Positions 27,493 through 28,999 of a stretch of 28,999 bases of DNA are shown here, one piece after another. Numbering within the stretch: position 1 is the first letter of the stretch; each line of letters starts with the position of its first letter. The position numbers and the translations under genes are program-made. Below the pieces are notes generated by a model. That model ran no database searches and was not told the DNA's origin. It saw only the letters and a list, made by a program, of their open reading frames with translations. Origin of the DNA: a virus (taxonomy: Duplodnaviria > Caudoviricetes). The stretch is taken from positions 1-28,999 of IMG/VR virus record IMGVR_UViG_3300034410_000187; one strand, given 5' to 3'.

Positions 27493-28098
27493 ATGGAACC
27501 ATTCAACATTAAAATACAAAACACAACGCAAGGCGCAAAAAAACCTAATAACCAAGAGGTAACGCAGAATGCTGATGGTTCAGGTGGGCCTATTAGTATT
27601 GCTAAGCAAACTAATTATAAATTTCAATCAAAACCCAAAAATAAAAAACAATATAAACAAAGATTAAAACAGTACAAAGAAGATCCTTATCAAAAAGCAG
27701 TTGATAAGTTTCCACAATTTAATCAAGCTACGGATACTATTATAAGCACTACAAGTGGTGGATATAATATCAATAAAGGAATTAATTCTTTTAAAGCGCA
27801 AAATGCGGCTACTAATTTATATGATGGCAACGGATCTAATAATTACACAATAAAAAACATGAAAGGACCTGAAGACTCCAAGTCATATCATGAATCAGAC
27901 GGCAGGACAACCACCTACGATTTGTATAATAAAGAAAATTTAAAAGATAGTGTTGAATCTATGGTAAAGAAAAAAGACGCTTGTTATACTAAAGTAAAAA
28001 GCAGATATAAGAAGTGGCCATCTGCATACGCAAGCGGTGCATTAGTCAAATGTAGAAAAGTTGGTGCTGCTAACTGGGGAAATAAAAGTAAGAAGTAA
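27493..28098 (+). CDS. Hypothetical protein (201 aa) with C-terminal basic KKDACY...WPSAYASGALVKCRK module
   Basis: Starts 1 nt after the giant gene's stop. The body is Asn/Lys/Gln-rich. The C-terminal 45 aa resemble a module I recall from marine phage proteins. Confidence 0.6.
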   Translation: MEPFNIKIQNTTQGAKKPNNQEVTQNADGSGGPISIAKQTNYKFQSKPKNKKQYKQRLKQYKEDPYQKAVDKFPQFNQATDTIISTTSGGYNINKGINSFKAQNAATNLYDGNGSNNYTIKNMKGPEDSKSYHESDGRTTTYDLYNKENLKDSVESMVKKKDACYTKVKSRYKKWPSAYASGALVKCRKVGAANWGNKSKK

Positions 28099-28337
28099 TG
28101 GCTTTTAAAATGAATTCGCCATTTAAAAACTTAAACCGATGGTTTAAAGAAGAATGGAAAACGCCAAGCGGCGAAGAAGATTATAGCGAAGGCGAAAACA
28201 CCTTTAGACCAACTAAAAGAATATCCGAAGACACACCATCAACCTGGAGCGAGTTAACCGCCGCAGAAAAAGCTGCTGCCCAAAAAGAAAAAAATACCAA
28301 AGGCAGGGTAAGTAGGTATAAGAAAAAGAAAAAATGA
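28098..28337 (+). CDS. Small basic hypothetical protein (79 aa, LNRWFKEEW...FRPTKRIS..TP; possibly DUF5872-like)
   Basis: TAATG-coupled to the upstream gene and ATGA-coupled to the downstream gene. Family name is from recall only. Confidence 0.6.
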   Translation: MAFKMNSPFKNLNRWFKEEWKTPSGEEDYSEGENTFRPTKRISEDTPSTWSELTAAEKAAAQKEKNTKGRVSRYKKKKK

Positions 28338-28489
28338 GCTTAAATGAACTTAAACTTTACGCTATAAATGGGAGCACATTAGGCGTAACAACTTTTACTC
28401 AAATAGAAGATGGTTTGAAAATTTTGCTATTGTTGGTTACCATAGGATATACCGTAGCTAAATGGAAAGACATTAAAAAGAAAAAGTAA
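28334..28489 (+). CDS. Putative holin (51 aa, MSLNELKLYAINGSTLGVTTFTQIEDGLKILLLLVTIGYTVAKWKDIKKKK), absent from the ORF track
   Basis: ATGA overlap with the upstream gene and TAATG overlap with the endolysin. It has a hydrophobic helix (LKILLLLVTIGYTVA) and a Lys-rich C-terminus. Confidence 0.75.
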   Translation: MSLNELKLYAINGSTLGVTTFTQIEDGLKILLLLVTIGYTVAKWKDIKKKK

Positions 28490-28845
28490 TGATGAAGTAT
28501 TTTAATTATTCGGAATTTGATAGTCCTGATGTGCAGGGTTCTGGCCAGATGATGGATAGAGATTTTTTAGAAATACTGGATCAAGCGAGAGATCGCTTTG
28601 ACAAACCCATTAATATTAATTCTGGCTTCCGTACGCCGCAGCATAACCAAGATGTTGGCGGGACTGAAAAGTCTTCACATTTAAAAGGTTTAGCAGCAGA
28701 TATTGATTGTCGCAAATCAAAAGATAGATTTGAGCTTATTGATATATTCTTAGACTTAGGTATAAACAGGATCGGCATTGCGGATACTTTTATCCACATT
28801 GATGTCGACCCTGATAAATCACCTAACGTTATTTGGACGTACTAA
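28489..28845 (+). CDS. Endolysin, peptidase M15A family zinc D-Ala-D-Ala peptidase (118 aa)
   Basis: INSGFR, SSHLKGLAADI (H-x6-D) and FIHID motifs. It follows the holin-like gene. Confidence 0.88.
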   Translation: MMKYFNYSEFDSPDVQGSGQMMDRDFLEILDQARDRFDKPININSGFRTPQHNQDVGGTEKSSHLKGLAADIDCRKSKDRFELIDIFLDLGINRIGIADTFIHIDVDPDKSPNVIWTY

Positions 28846-28848
28846 TAC

Positions 28849-28908
28849 TATACCCTATCGGGTATAAAACTAGTAGTCCTGATATATATTATACCCTCAT
28901 GGGTATAA
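28849..28908. repeat. Two copies of the palindrome TATACCC-N4-GGGTATA(AA)
   Basis: Copy 1 is TATACCC-tatc-GGGTATA (28849-28866). Copy 2 is TTATACCC-tcat-GGGTATAA (28889-28908). They lie in the gap between convergent genes. Confidence 0.85.
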
Positions 28909-28926
28909 ACACCAGTGTATAGCATA

Positions 28927-28999
28927 CTAACCATCACAGGCGGTACATTCAGGATCCATAGCTTGTTGTGCTATATCCCCACGTAGAACGCTTTCTGTT
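28927..28999 (-). CDS. nrdA: 3' end of ribonucleotide reductase class I alpha subunit (partial)
   Basis: The minus strand reads ...TESVLRGDIAQQAMDPECTACDG-stop. The terminal CxxCDG redox cysteine pair is characteristic of NrdA C-termini. Only 23 residues are visible. Confidence 0.75.
   Translation of the reverse strand, partial: TESVLRGDIAQQAMDPECTACDG

Noticed and set aside
2653-28799. Minus-strand ORFs of 60-126 aa in the ORF track
   Set aside because: All are antisense to long + strand genes, with composition typical of shadow frames and no motifs.
28848-28925. 25-codon minus-strand ORF (MLYTGVYTHEGIIYIRTTSFIPDRV) starting just after the nrdA stop
   Set aside because: It is very short and largely made of the two palindromes, with no independent coding evidence.
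1-28999. Stop-codon reassignment as seen in some gut crAss-like phages
   Set aside because: Genes are long and uninterrupted in the standard code. TAG ends the capsid and 256-aa genes just before hairpins, and TGA ends the 209-aa and 79-aa genes.
1-28999. CRISPR arrays, tRNAs, introns, inteins or diversity-generating retroelement repeats
   Set aside because: By eye I found no regularly spaced repeats, cloverleafs, interrupted core genes, intein termini or template/variable repeat pairs. Intergenic gaps are all under about 85 nt.

Overview
The window is the virion morphogenesis and lysis arm of an AT-rich tailed phage with podovirus-type architecture. Gene order and motifs resemble crAss-like (Crassvirales-related) phages of Bacteroidota/Flavobacteriia. 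This assignment rests on motif recall, not a database search. All main genes are on the + strand in standard genetic code, with A/T-rich leaders lacking Shine-Dalgarno sites. In order: terminase large subunit (5' end outside the window), portal, acidic scaffold-like protein, major capsid protein, a conserved virion protein, two tail ring/adaptor proteins, a 1903-aa nozzle-type tail protein with Ig-like extensions, two further tail proteins, three probable ejection/cargo proteins (209, 421 and 2941 aa), two small basic proteins, a holin missed by the ORF track, and an M15 peptidase endolysin. The convergent 3' end of a ribonucleotide reductase alpha gene lies on the - strand. Signals not in the ORF track: (1) a candidate -1 ribosomal frameshift cassette (G_GAT_TTT, 6-nt spacer, H-type pseudoknot) at codons 38-39 of the 2941-aa gene, predicting an 83-aa Cys-rich product; (2) a 38-aa basic ORF (MPFKSKAQ...) overprinted in the +1 frame of the scaffold gene; (3) zincin-, sigma-70 region 2- and HAD-like modules in the giant cargo protein, with a repeated VKRSA motif and no visible virion RNA polymerase motif; (4) twin TATACCC-N4-GGGTATA palindromes between the convergent genome arms.
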